Part shown: piece by piece, positions 31,723-42,670 of the stretch
Layout of the letters: the number at the start of each line of letters is the position of its first letter
Position numbering within the stretch: position 1 is the first letter of the stretch
DNA from: Eledone cirrhosa
Lineage: Eukaryota
Direction: 5' to 3'
Assembly: GCA_964016885.1 (NCBI GenBank)
Contig: OZ024752.1
Span: forward strand, 30,194,001 to 30,258,000
DNA: 64,000 nucleotides
Notes under the pieces: generated by a model
The model's input: the letters and a program-made list of their open reading frames with translations, nothing else
The model's database searches: none
Told to the model about the DNA's origin: nothing
Program-made: the position numbers and the translations under genes

Positions 31723-34700
31723 ATGGCCAATATAAGAGTTGGATGTGTGAACGTACGCGGCCTGGGGATGCCCTGGAAACAGGGCAAACTCTTAAACGAC
31801 CTCAGGTCGCACAGTTTGGATGTGGTAGCCATTTGCGAGTCCAGGATCCACGGCGAGCGACAGCTGGCCCCCATCTTCGATGACTTTGAGATCTACGCAT
31901 CTCTCTGTCAACCGGGGGGTGGGGGCGGAGTTGCCGTTTTGCTGCGGAAACACCTGGGCCTCGTAACACAGACGGTACATCTGGACCCGGAGGGTCGACT
32001 GGTGGTCCTAGACGTTGACGGTAGTGAAGGTGGAGCGTTCAGGCTGGTGGCCGCATATGCCCCATCCGGGACACCGCGGCCAGACTTCTTCAAACGTCTA
32101 GAGACTTTTCTGGGAACGTCCCGCTCCTTGCTTTTAGTGGGGGACTGGAATGGAATCCTAGATGCACGTTGGGACTATGTGGGAGCATGTCCCGATAAAG
32201 GGGGGTGTAACAGCCTCAAACAGTTAATCGACCGATTTGACCTGGCCGATAGATATCGACTAGATTTTCCGACTGCGCCACTGTGGACGTGGAGTAATCG
32301 TAGCGGAACATCTAGATCGTACCTAGATAGGGTTCTAGTTAGAAATAAGGATAGGGACATGTTAAGCTGTCCACAAATGTTCATGGTTGCCTATTCAGAT
32401 CACAAACTAGTGACCTGCATGGCCAACCTTGATAGAACCCATAGACAAGGACCCGGCTACTGGAAGCTGAACTTGTCGTTACCGACAAGCAAAGCCTACA
32501 GTAGACGGATTAGCACTTTAGTTAAACAGCACTTGACAGGGGCCATTGTCAACAACAGATGGTGGTACTCTCTCAAGAGGGCAGTTAGATTAGACTCGAT
32601 AGTTTTTAGTAAAGAATTAGCGTTAGATAGAAATAGAACCGAGAAGGAACTGGTAGATAAAGTAGAAGAGGCTATTAGAAGTGGCAACGTAGCCAGCGTG
32701 CTAGCAACGAGAACGGCCTTGGACCAGTTCTTCGACGCAAAGCACGAGGGCTGCGTTGTCAGAAGCAAAATACGTGCTCTGGGAAACGAGGGAGCCAAAG
32801 CTGTTGGCTGGGCCCGAGTGACGGAGGCAAAAAGTGGCAACAAGTCCACGATTCGGTCTTTGAAGGACCAAAACGGACGCGTGATACGTGAGCCGAAGCA
32901 GATGTGTGCGGCTTTTCAGCGGCACTTTGCTCGGCTGTTCGGGGGGAGCGGCGCGCCGGGAGAGGCTATGGATTTCGGTCCATACCTCGACGGCCTACCG
33001 CGACTCTCGGACAGCGAGGCGAAGTTCTGCGAAAAGCCGATTTCAGCCACTGAGATAGGGGACGCGCTGAGCCAATGCGGCAAACGCAAATCTCCAGGTC
33101 TCGACGGTCTACCCTACGAATTTTACGTAGCAATGCCGGACTTATTCTCCGGTCTCCTGGAAGCGGTCTACTGCAACTGGCAACAGAACGGGAGAATTCC
33201 CAATTCTGTAACCGGGGGCGTGGTCACACTAATCAGGAAGGACGAGAATAAGGGGGATGACATAGGCAACTTCCGGCCCATAACGCTGCTAAACACAGAG
33301 TTACAGATTTTGGCCAAGGTGTTGGCAAAGAGGCTGGCGCTTGTCGTCGAGAACCTGGTGGGAGAAGCGCAGACATGCGCGATCCCGACCAGGTCCATAC
33401 ACGACAACCTCCACCTCATGCGATACATCATAGAGAGGGTAGGGTGTAAACCCGGCTTCGGTGGGGCCCTGATCAACTTGGATCAGTCTAAGGCTTTCGA
33501 TAGGGTTGACCATCGTTACCTGGATGCGGTGCTCGAGGCGGCAGGCTTCGGACCCGTGTTCAGGGGCTGGATTGCTGCAATGCACAACAGCAACATCTGC
33601 TCAAGGGTCAAGGTGAACGGTTACCTCTCGGAGCCGTTCCATATTACGCGATCCATTCGACAGGGATGCCCTCTCTCCTCCCTTCTGTACGTACTGACTC
33701 TCGAGCCACTACTGCGGAAGCTGGAGCTATTGCAGGGCATCCCTCTGGAACCGGGACTGCGGAAAGCGGCGTCGGCCTACGCCGACGACGTGACAGTAAT
33801 GGTGTCGAGCGCCTCGCAAATCGAGGAAGTCGGCACCTTACTAAAGGAATACGAAAGTCTCACAGGAGCGAAGCTGAACCGGGACAAGTCCATCGGTTTG
33901 CAACTCGGATCGTGGAGAGGCAGACCGATGCCTTCCGATGGCGTCGTCGGACGCTGGACGGAAGGACCGGTAAAGCTGCTCGGGGTCTGGTTTGGTCCGG
34001 ACCTCCAGGTGGAGAAGAACTGGAACGAAGTGACGGCCAAGGTGTTTGCACTCACCCAGAAGTGGGCCGAGTGCAAACTATCCTTGAAAGGTCGAGCGGA
34101 GGTGGCGAACACTTTTATAGCGTCCGCCATCTACTACCGCTTGACCGTCGTGCCTTGTCCAGCCAAAACGCTCGCCAAAATGGAGCGCGCCCTCTTCCGA
34201 TTCCTTTGGAAGAGGCGGGCTCCTTTGGTAAGAAGATCCATCTGCTGCCAACACCCTTCTAACGGAGGGCTGGGGATGCCGTGGTTGACGATGCGCAAAC
34301 ACGCGCTCAGGCTGCGGCATCTCTACGTATTCCTCACCGGACAACCGGTGTGGGCCCCGTTCGTGAGGCGAGCCTTCCCACGACTCGTCTCGCTGACCGA
34401 GCTGCAGTCCTGGGTCAAGCAGAGACCGAGGAAAATGGGCGACTGGCACATCGAATGTGCTCAGGCGCTCACAGCCCTCTGGCAGGCGGACCCGGCGATC
34501 AGTGGAGACTCCACTTCGTCATTCTATAGAGGGTTGGTCCGCAGCAAGTGCGACGACGCGCTCGGTGAAACTCTAGGCGTGGAGGAAGATGAACTGGCCA
34601 GTCTGTTCGGTAGGACCTTCCGCCCGGGACCGATGGACAACTTCCAAAAGTCCCTGGCCTGGCAGTGCTACCGAGGAGCTCTACCAGTTCGAGACAAGCT

Positions 34701-35160
34701 CTACAGACATGGGCGCCCGGGCAGGGACCCTGCAAAAAAGATCTGTCCGAGGTGCGTGCGAGACGAAGAAACCGTCGCGCACGCATTCATACACTGCCCG
34801 GGCGTCACTGACCTGTGGGGCTATGTGGAACGACTATTGTCGCGGGTGGGACCAATCCAGTTGACCACCGAGTCCATTGTCATGATCAAACCGCCACCCT
34901 CCTTCAAAAACGAAGGAGAGGCGGTTTTCCTTTGTGTGATAGCTATGGCGAAAGAGGTTGTATGGTGGACAAGGTTGAAAGGGCTGAGGTCAGACACCTT
35001 TCTCTCCGGCCAACAACTGATTCTTTTTTTCAAATACCACTTTGGAAGAAGAATCAGGATGGAGAGAGAGGTGCTGTACCCCAGCAAGTTTTATGAAAGG
35101 TGGGTGAAAGTGGCGAGAATGGCCCGAGTGAATGGGCCTTCTCTCTATATCAGCCTGTAG
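31723..35160 (+). CDS. Intact ORF2 (APE endonuclease, RT, C-terminal CCHC) of an L1/Tx1-clade retrotransposon
   Basis: NVRGL, GDWN, SYLDR, SDH, WKLN, SPGLDGL, RQGCPLS, YADD, CPRC...ETVAHAFIHC; 1145 aa without stops. Confidence 0.96.
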   Translation: MANIRVGCVNVRGLGMPWKQGKLLNDLRSHSLDVVAICESRIHGERQLAPIFDDFEIYASLCQPGGGGGVAVLLRKHLGLVTQTVHLDPEGRLVVLDVDGSEGGAFRLVAAYAPSGTPRPDFFKRLETFLGTSRSLLLVGDWNGILDARWDYVGACPDKGGCNSLKQLIDRFDLADRYRLDFPTAPLWTWSNRSGTSRSYLDRVLVRNKDRDMLSCPQMFMVAYSDHKLVTCMANLDRTHRQGPGYWKLNLSLPTSKAYSRRISTLVKQHLTGAIVNNRWWYSLKRAVRLDSIVFSKELALDRNRTEKELVDKVEEAIRSGNVASVLATRTALDQFFDAKHEGCVVRSKIRALGNEGAKAVGWARVTEAKSGNKSTIRSLKDQNGRVIREPKQMCAAFQRHFARLFGGSGAPGEAMDFGPYLDGLPRLSDSEAKFCEKPISATEIGDALSQCGKRKSPGLDGLPYEFYVAMPDLFSGLLEAVYCNWQQNGRIPNSVTGGVVTLIRKDENKGDDIGNFRPITLLNTELQILAKVLAKRLALVVENLVGEAQTCAIPTRSIHDNLHLMRYIIERVGCKPGFGGALINLDQSKAFDRVDHRYLDAVLEAAGFGPVFRGWIAAMHNSNICSRVKVNGYLSEPFHITRSIRQGCPLSSLLYVLTLEPLLRKLELLQGIPLEPGLRKAASAYADDVTVMVSSASQIEEVGTLLKEYESLTGAKLNRDKSIGLQLGSWRGRPMPSDGVVGRWTEGPVKLLGVWFGPDLQVEKNWNEVTAKVFALTQKWAECKLSLKGRAEVANTFIASAIYYRLTVVPCPAKTLAKMERALFRFLWKRRAPLVRRSICCQHPSNGGLGMPWLTMRKHALRLRHLYVFLTGQPVWAPFVRRAFPRLVSLTELQSWVKQRPRKMGDWHIECAQALTALWQADPAISGDSTSSFYRGLVRSKCDDALGETLGVEEDELASLFGRTFRPGPMDNFQKSLAWQCYRGALPVRDKLYRHGRPGRDPAKKICPRCVRDEETVAHAFIHCPGVTDLWGYVERLLSRVGPIQLTTESIVMIKPPPSFKNEGEAVFLCVIAMAKEVVWWTRLKGLRSDTFLSGQQLILFFKYHFGRRIRMEREVLYPSKFYERWVKVARMARVNGPSLYISL

Positions 35161-35415
35161 GTTGAGGAAAAGGAGGAGGAGAGGAAGGGAGTACAAGCTC
35201 TTCGTACTCCTGGAGATGAGGGTTGCACATTTTTTTCGGGGGTCTGTGTTACCCACATAAACTGTCTCCCTCTATTGGGGAAAATCGACTAACTTTTAAA
35301 TTCCATCTGTGATAACATTTTACACGTTTTTATTGTATGTAAACTTCCCCCTTTGTATTTGTCCCCTTCTTTTGTGCCCCTGTGGCTAATAAAGAAATAT
35401 ATCTATCTATCTATC

Positions 35416-35522
35416 TTTTTAAATTGCATTTGTGATAATATTTTACACGTTTTTATTGTATGTAAACTTACCCCTTTGTATTTGTCCCCTTCTTTTGTGC
35501 CCCTGTGGCTAATAAAGAAACA
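35416..35522 (+). mobile_element. Second, slightly diverged 3'-end copy of the Tx1-like element
   Basis: Repeat of 35293-35398 after a TATC run. Confidence 0.85.
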
Positions 35523-36154
35523 TATCTATCTATCATAATAAACTCAGACATTCTCTTTCTCACACCTTTCTTTTATTTATTTTTGTCTTTCTCTTTCTGT
35601 ATTCCCAGCCTTTCCAGTCCACTTCCCTTGCAATAATCATATATCCTTTTTTACCAACTCTTCTAATATTAGCAACTTTAGTGTATCTTTTCCATGTTCT
35701 AGAGACCAGAATTTCTTCTTTCAGTATTTCCCACCTGCAAACATGTACACATTTTATTTACATTTGAAAAAATTTATTTCTATTTTTCACAGTGCTTTTC
35801 TTTGTAGCAACCATTTGTTTGTTAAAGACAATTTCAGTAGGTACTTTGTTTTCTTGACACTGTATTGTTTCATTTTGTCCAAAGACTGTATATTCATTTC
35901 TTTGTTTTGTCTATTTCCTTGTAGCTAGAACCTTATACACTAATGTTGCAGCTGAAGTTCAGATCTCACCGTAAGCATCAAAACCGGTTTGTTACATGAT
36001 CTATTGTAACAATATTGTTACATAACCTACAGTCAATGGCTGAGGAAGCAGCCCTTGTTTTCTACATGCCAGTGTCTGTAAGATGTGTTGTCCTTATTGT
36101 ATTCGTTTTGCAATCTTACTCTCACAAATTCACACAAATAATCACACAAATTTA

Positions 36155-36199
<45 letters not shown>

Positions 36200-36419
36200 T
36201 AGATAATAATGACAATATAATTATTTATATGCATGTCTACACACACATATACATACATAATATGCTTCAAAACAAAGGTTGAATTTCATTCTTAAGTGAT
36301 TCGTACAAAGAAATTATGTATTTATTATAAGATCAAGTAAATATAATTGTACAAATTAAAGATAATTATATTAAAAACTCAAAACAATCTACAACATTAT
36401 CCAGTTTAATACACACACA

Positions 36420-36491
<72 letters not shown>

Positions 36492-36637
36492 CGTGTGTGT
36501 GTGTGTGTGTGCGTGTGTGCGTGTGTGTGTGCAATCTATATATATATACATACACATACATTCATATATATATATATATCATCATATATATATGTAAATA
36601 TATATACATATATGTATAAAACACACACACACATATA

Positions 36638-39148
36638 TCATCATCATTTTACGTCCGCTTTTCCCTGCTTGCAAGGGTGGGACAGGTCTTATTCAGCACA
36701 GCATCTCTCCACTTGTCACGGTCCTTCGTCATCTCCACTGTGAGCTTCAGCGATCTGAGGTCTGTTCTCACCACTTCCACCCATGTTTTTGTGGTCTACC
36801 TTTAACACGTCTTCCTTCAACTGGCATTTCCTGGCACTTCTTCACCCATCGGTCATCCTCTATGCGCATCACATGTCCATACCACCACAGTCTCCTCTCT
36901 CGCACACTACATTCTATCCCTCTCAGACACAGTTTCTCTCTCAACACATCCATGCTGGGTCATTCACGCACATTTACATTGCACATCCAACGGAGCATGT
37001 TTGCCTCATTTCTCTTCAGCCGTCACATATCCTCTGCAGTTGCTGCCCAAGTCTCACTACCATGCAGCATCGCGCTCCTCACACAGGCATCATATAACCG
37101 GCCTTTTGTACGCAGGGAGAAACCCTCCTTCGTCAGCAGAGGAAGCAGCTCCCTAAACTTCTTCCAACCCATCCTTATTCTAGATACTATGGCCTCGGAA
37201 CAGCCCCCCCCCCCCTCCCATGCTAATCTGATCACCTAGGTATCGGAAGCTATCAACCACTTCTATAGCACCCACCTGCATTTGAAAAATGTGTCTATCA
37301 ATGTGACTTCTGTCAAATTTTCTTGTACATCTACTGCATACGTATTTCTCCCTACCTGTTAGTTTGCCTGCTATCCCACTACATCTCTTGTGTACCCAGG
37401 ATCTGCATTGTGTGCATTTTATAGAATTTATGCCAGTTCCTTTTCTGCATATCAAACATGGCCATTTCCCTGACAGAATCAGAGTTTTATCCTCTTTTCT
37501 ACTCATCAACCCTTTTGTCTTAGCTAGGTTCACTCTCAGTCCTCTTGCTTCCAATTGCTGTTTCCATAGCCAGAATTTATTCTCTAGCTCCTCTACTGAT
37601 TCTGCTATAAGAACCAGATCGTCAGCATAGAGAAGTTCCCATGGACAGCTAGTCTTAAACTCCTCTGTTATGGCTTGGAGGACTATAATGAACAAGAGCG
37701 GGCTGAGGACCGAACCTTGATGTACTCCTACTTGTATCTGGAATTCCTCACTAAACTCCATTCCTACCCTCACTTTACTGACAGCACCTCTGTACAAAGT
37801 TTGCACTGTCCTCACAAGCCATTCCTCAACACCTAGTTTCCTTAGGGACCACTAGATGTCAGATCAGGGTACCCTATCAAAGGCCTTCTCTAGGTCAACA
37901 AAGACTAAGTATAGTGGCTTATTCTTCTCTAAGAACCTCTCTTGTAATTGTCTCACCAAGAAGAGGGCATCTGTTGTACTTTTCCCAGGCACAAAACCAA
38001 ACTGTATCTCATCTAGTTTGACCCTTTCTCTAATTAGTTGTGTTAATATCCTTTCGGCCACTTTCATAACCTGATCCATCAGTTTTATACCCTTGTAATT
38101 GCTCCTCTCCAGAGCATCCCCTTTACCTTTGTAGCAATTTATGAGAATACTGCTGCACCAGTCTTTGGGTATGACACCACCATATATAGCCTCATTGATG
38201 ATGCGTGCAACCAGTTTAGTGCCTACGTCCCCTGATGCCTTCAGCATCTCAGCAACTATACCTGACAGTCCAGCAGCCTTACCATTTTTCATTTCCTTAA
38301 TCGCCTCTTAAACCCTATATTCGTCAATCTCAATAGCTGGTCCCTCTGTCGGATCTACTGAGGGTAATTTCTCTCTCTCCCATTCGTTCTCCACATTCAT
38401 CAGTCTCTCATAATGATATTTTCAGGCCTCCTTTTTCTGATCATTCGAGACACTAAGTACACCGGCATCATTCTGGACACAATTATCTCCAACAACATCC
38501 TGATTTGCATTGACACACTGCCTTGCTATGTGGAACACCGCACGCCTCTGATCTTCTCGTCGCAGAACATTGGCAAACCTCCTGCTCTCAGCCTTCCTGC
38601 GTGCTAAGTACACCCGACGTCTAGCTTCTCTCTTAGCGGCTGTATATCCTTCTCTACTCCCACCCTTTTCCCAAGCCTTCCATGCTAGTCTTTTGTCTCT
38701 AATGGCCCTATCTACTGTGCTGTTCCACCACCAGGTCACTCGCTGTCTGATTGGAGCTCTGCTCCAGCTACAAGTTTCATCAGTAGCCTGCAGTAAGTTG
38801 TCACGTAAGAAATTCTAGTTATTATCTATGTCATACGACTCTAAATCGTCTTCTTTTTCGTCATACACATCTTTAAGGGCTTTCCTAAATTTGTATTTTA
38901 GTGAAAGGTCTTTTAGCTTCCAGACCTTTCTTCTCCACACCTTCCTGTATGTCTCATTCCATCCCTTGCTTACTGAGATATCACTAATGACTAACCTATG
39001 CTGTGGGGTACATTCTTCCCCAGGGTTTGCCTTGGTATTTGACACCATCTGCCTGTAATGGTAAGAAGTCAATCTGGCTTATGTGCTTGCCTGATTTGTA
39101 GGTTATTAGGTGGTTGGCAGGTTTCTGGAAGTTAGTGTTGCAAATAGT
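36638..39148 (-). mobile_element. Decayed RTE-clade LINE (second subfamily)
   Basis: DLEKAFDRVP, GVHQGSVLSP, LLYADD; stops and frameshifts. Confidence 0.92.
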
Positions 39149-39554
39149 CACACACCATGTTAGTTAAGCAATTGGTATTTGTTCAATCAATAGCAATGAC
39201 ATAATAACTATTCTGATGACATTTTAATTCATTGTATTAAATCTTCTTTCAGGGTAACACCATCAAGCTAATAATTTCTCCGTGAATATCAAATTATTAA
39301 AGGAGTGAAATTCAAACAAGCAACACATTTGGCAAAGTGGCTAAATAGTTGTTTGAATGTCACCAACGAATTATGTGACCTTCCATGAAGAAAGTTTGTT
39401 ATTAATGACTATACTAACTTTTCTCTGCCTATCGTACTGTTACAATGGTCTCTGCTCATCTGAACTGACTAGTTATATAACAATAATACTTTATGTAAGT
39501 TCATATGTCATATACAACTTCACTTCACATGCAGGCCCAGCAGTAATTACTTTG

Positions 39555-39800
39555 TTCCACTGTAAAGTGGTCGTGTAGGTGTCAATACAAAAGGTGCCCA
39601 GCCCACACTGTAAAGTGGTCATGTAGGTGCTACAGCAAAAGGCGCCCAGCACACACTGTAAATGTGGTTGGTGTTCAGAAGGGCATCCATCTCTAGAAAC
39701 CAAGCCAACACCACTCTTGTATGAGCAAGTCATAGTCATCAGACTAGGCATCCTGCCTAACCCATGCTAGCATGGAAAATGGATGTTAAATGATGATGAT
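39555..39800 (+). mobile_element. RTE-type 3' tail repeat (similar copies at 25515-25670, 45735-46050, 53700-53960)
   Basis: cacactgtaaagtgg repeats, gggcatccag, catgctagcatgg...(GAT)n. Confidence 0.75.
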
Positions 39801-40153
39801 TGTTTCTACTTTAGGCACAAGGCCAGCAATTACCCGGTACATTACTGGTACTTTATTTTATCGACCCCGTAAGGATGAAAGGAAAAGCTAACCTCGGCAG
39901 AATTTGAACTCAGAACGTAAAGTGTCATAACTCTATGCTGATAAGCATGTTAATAATAACAATAATTGTTTCTACTTTAGGCACAAGGCCAGCAATTACC
40001 CAGTGCATTACTGGTACTTTATTTTATCGACCCCGTAAGGATGAAAGGCAAAGTTAACTTCGGCGGGATTTGAACTCAGAATGGCAAGGGCCGTAACTCT
40101 ATGCGTCAAAGCATGGCGTCCGACCCTATTACCCTATCGATACTGCCAATCCA
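39798..40153 (-). mobile_element. Two tandem copies of the tRNA-derived SINE
   Basis: Match to 12491-12677. Confidence 0.85.
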
Positions 40154-40339
40154 ACACCAATCCAACAGATGATGATAATAATGATTTCTATTTCCTGTGA
40201 ATGACAACCAAATTTCCCAGCTACTACACAGAAAAATTCCCAAATGTAATTAGTTCCAATAAATTTACAATCAAAGCTGCAATTTTATAATGGGAAATAT
40301 GTGTCTGGTGTACATTTGAACTTTAACCTCTGTGAGTCA

Positions 40340-41762
40340 CAGGTATGTCCACAGGTATACTTACAGGTATGTACCCATAGGTATGTCCACAGGTATGACT
40401 ACAGGAATATCCACAGGTGTACCTACAAATATATCCACAGGTATGCCCACAGGTATACCTACAGGTGTATCTACAAATATCCCACCGGTATAACCTACAG
40501 GTGTATCTACAAATATACCCACTGGTATAACCTACAGGTGTACCTACAAATATACCCACTGGTATAACCTACAGGTGTATCTACAAATATACCCACCGGT
40601 ATAACCTACAGGTGTATCTACAAATATACCCACTGGTATAACCTACAGGTGTACCTACAAATATACCCACCGGTATAACCTACAGGTGTATCTACAAATA
40701 TACCCACTGGTATAACCTACAGGTGTACCTACAAATATACCCACCGGTATAACCTACAGGTGTATCTACAAATATACCCACCGGTATAACCTACAGGTGT
40801 ACCTACAAATATACCCACTGGTATAACCTACAGGTGTATCTACAAATATACCCACCGGTATAACCTACAGGTGTACCTACAAATATACCCACCGGTATAA
40901 CCTACAGGTGTACCTACAAATATACCCACCGGTATAACCTACAGGTGTACCTACAAATATACCCACTGGTATAACCTACAGGTGTACCTACAAATATACC
41001 CACTGGTATAACCTACAGGTGTATCTACAAATATACCCACCGGTATAACCTACAGGTGTACCTACAAATATACCCACCGGTATAACCTACAGGTGTATCT
41101 ACAAATATACCCACTGGTATAACCTACAGGTGTACCTACAAATATACCCACTGGTATAACCTACAGGTGTATCTACAAATATACCCACCGGTATAACCTA
41201 CAGGTGTACCTACAAATATACCCACCGGTATAACCTACAGGTGTATCTACAAATATACCCACTGGTATAACCTACAGGTGTACCTACAAATATACCCACT
41301 GGTATAACCTACAGGTGTATCTACAAATATACCCACCGGTATAACCTACAGGTGTACCTACAAATATACCCACCGGTATAACCTACAGGTGTATCTACAA
41401 ATATACCCACTGGTATAACCTACAGGTGTACCTACAAATATACCCACCAGTATAACCTACAGGTGTATCTACAAATATACCCACCGGTATAACCTACAGG
41501 TGTATCTACAAATATACCCACTGGTATAACCTACAGGTGTACCTACAAATATACCCACCAGTATAACCTACAGGTGTACCTACAAATATACCCACGGATA
41601 TAACCTACAGGTGTACCTACAAATATACCCACCGGTATAACCTACAGGTGTATCTACAAATATACCCACCGGTATAACCTACAGGTGTACCTACAAATAT
41701 ACCCACAGGTATGTAAACAAGTATATCCACAGGTACACCCACAGGTATCCCTACAGGTATAC
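40340..41762. repeat. 37-bp minisatellite (~33 units) built from 12-13-mer subunits
   Basis: ggtataacctaca-ggtgtacctaca-aatatacccact. Confidence 0.96.
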
Positions 41763-41868
41763 CAACAAATAAATATACAATACTTTATCTTCTTTGATTT
41801 CCAAAGAAACTTTCAAGATTATAATTACTTTTTTTTCAAATAAAAGAAAAAAAATGTCATGCACTCAC

Positions 41869-41999
41869 GAAGAAAATCCCTTTGGTCCTATCTTGGTGGG
41901 AAGTAAAGATTTTTTTATAACCATTGTATGTACTTCTTTAATGTTATTAAACTGGGTTGCCTTTAGAAGTTTCTCATCTGCTTTAGTCCAATCAGATAT
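41869..41999 (-). CDS. Coding exon of a RAI14/UACA/ANKRD24-like ankyrin-repeat gene
   Basis: ttttctag|...|gtgagt; ISDWTKADEKLLKATQFNNIKEVHTMVIKKSLLPTKIGPKGFS resembles the family's W.K.DD.L..A...KK....K....G N-terminus. Confidence 0.8.
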
Positions 42000-42094
42000 C
42001 TAGAAAATAAAAACATGTTTATTTAAAAATAAGCCGTATCAAAGAATACCAAAAAAAAGGAACTAAGCAATAGTAGAATATAATAGTCTAACAG

Positions 42095-42670
42095 ACTATA
42101 TATATAACTATATATACAACTATATATATAACTATATATACAACTATATTTATATAACTATATATACAACTATATTTATATAACTATATATACAACTCTA
42201 TATATAATTATATATATAACTATATATATAACTATATACAACTCTATATATAACTATATATACAACTGTATAGATAACTATATATACATATATATAGATA
42301 ACTATATATACATCTATATATACAACTATATATACATCTATATATACAACTATATATACATCTATATATACATCTATATATACATCTATATATACATCTA
42401 TATATACAACTATATATACATCTATATATACAAATATATATACATCTATATATACAACTATATATATAACTATATATACAACTATATATAGAATTATCTA
42501 TACAATTACATATAAAAACATATATGCAACTATATATAAAAACATACATACAACTATATATAAAAGTATATATATAAAACTATATATAAAAACATATATA
42601 TACAATTATATATATATACAACTATATATTAAAACATATATACAACAATATATAAAAATATACATATAAC
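42095..42670. repeat. TA-rich 12-mer repeat (tatatatacaac)
   Basis: Direct. Confidence 0.9.
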
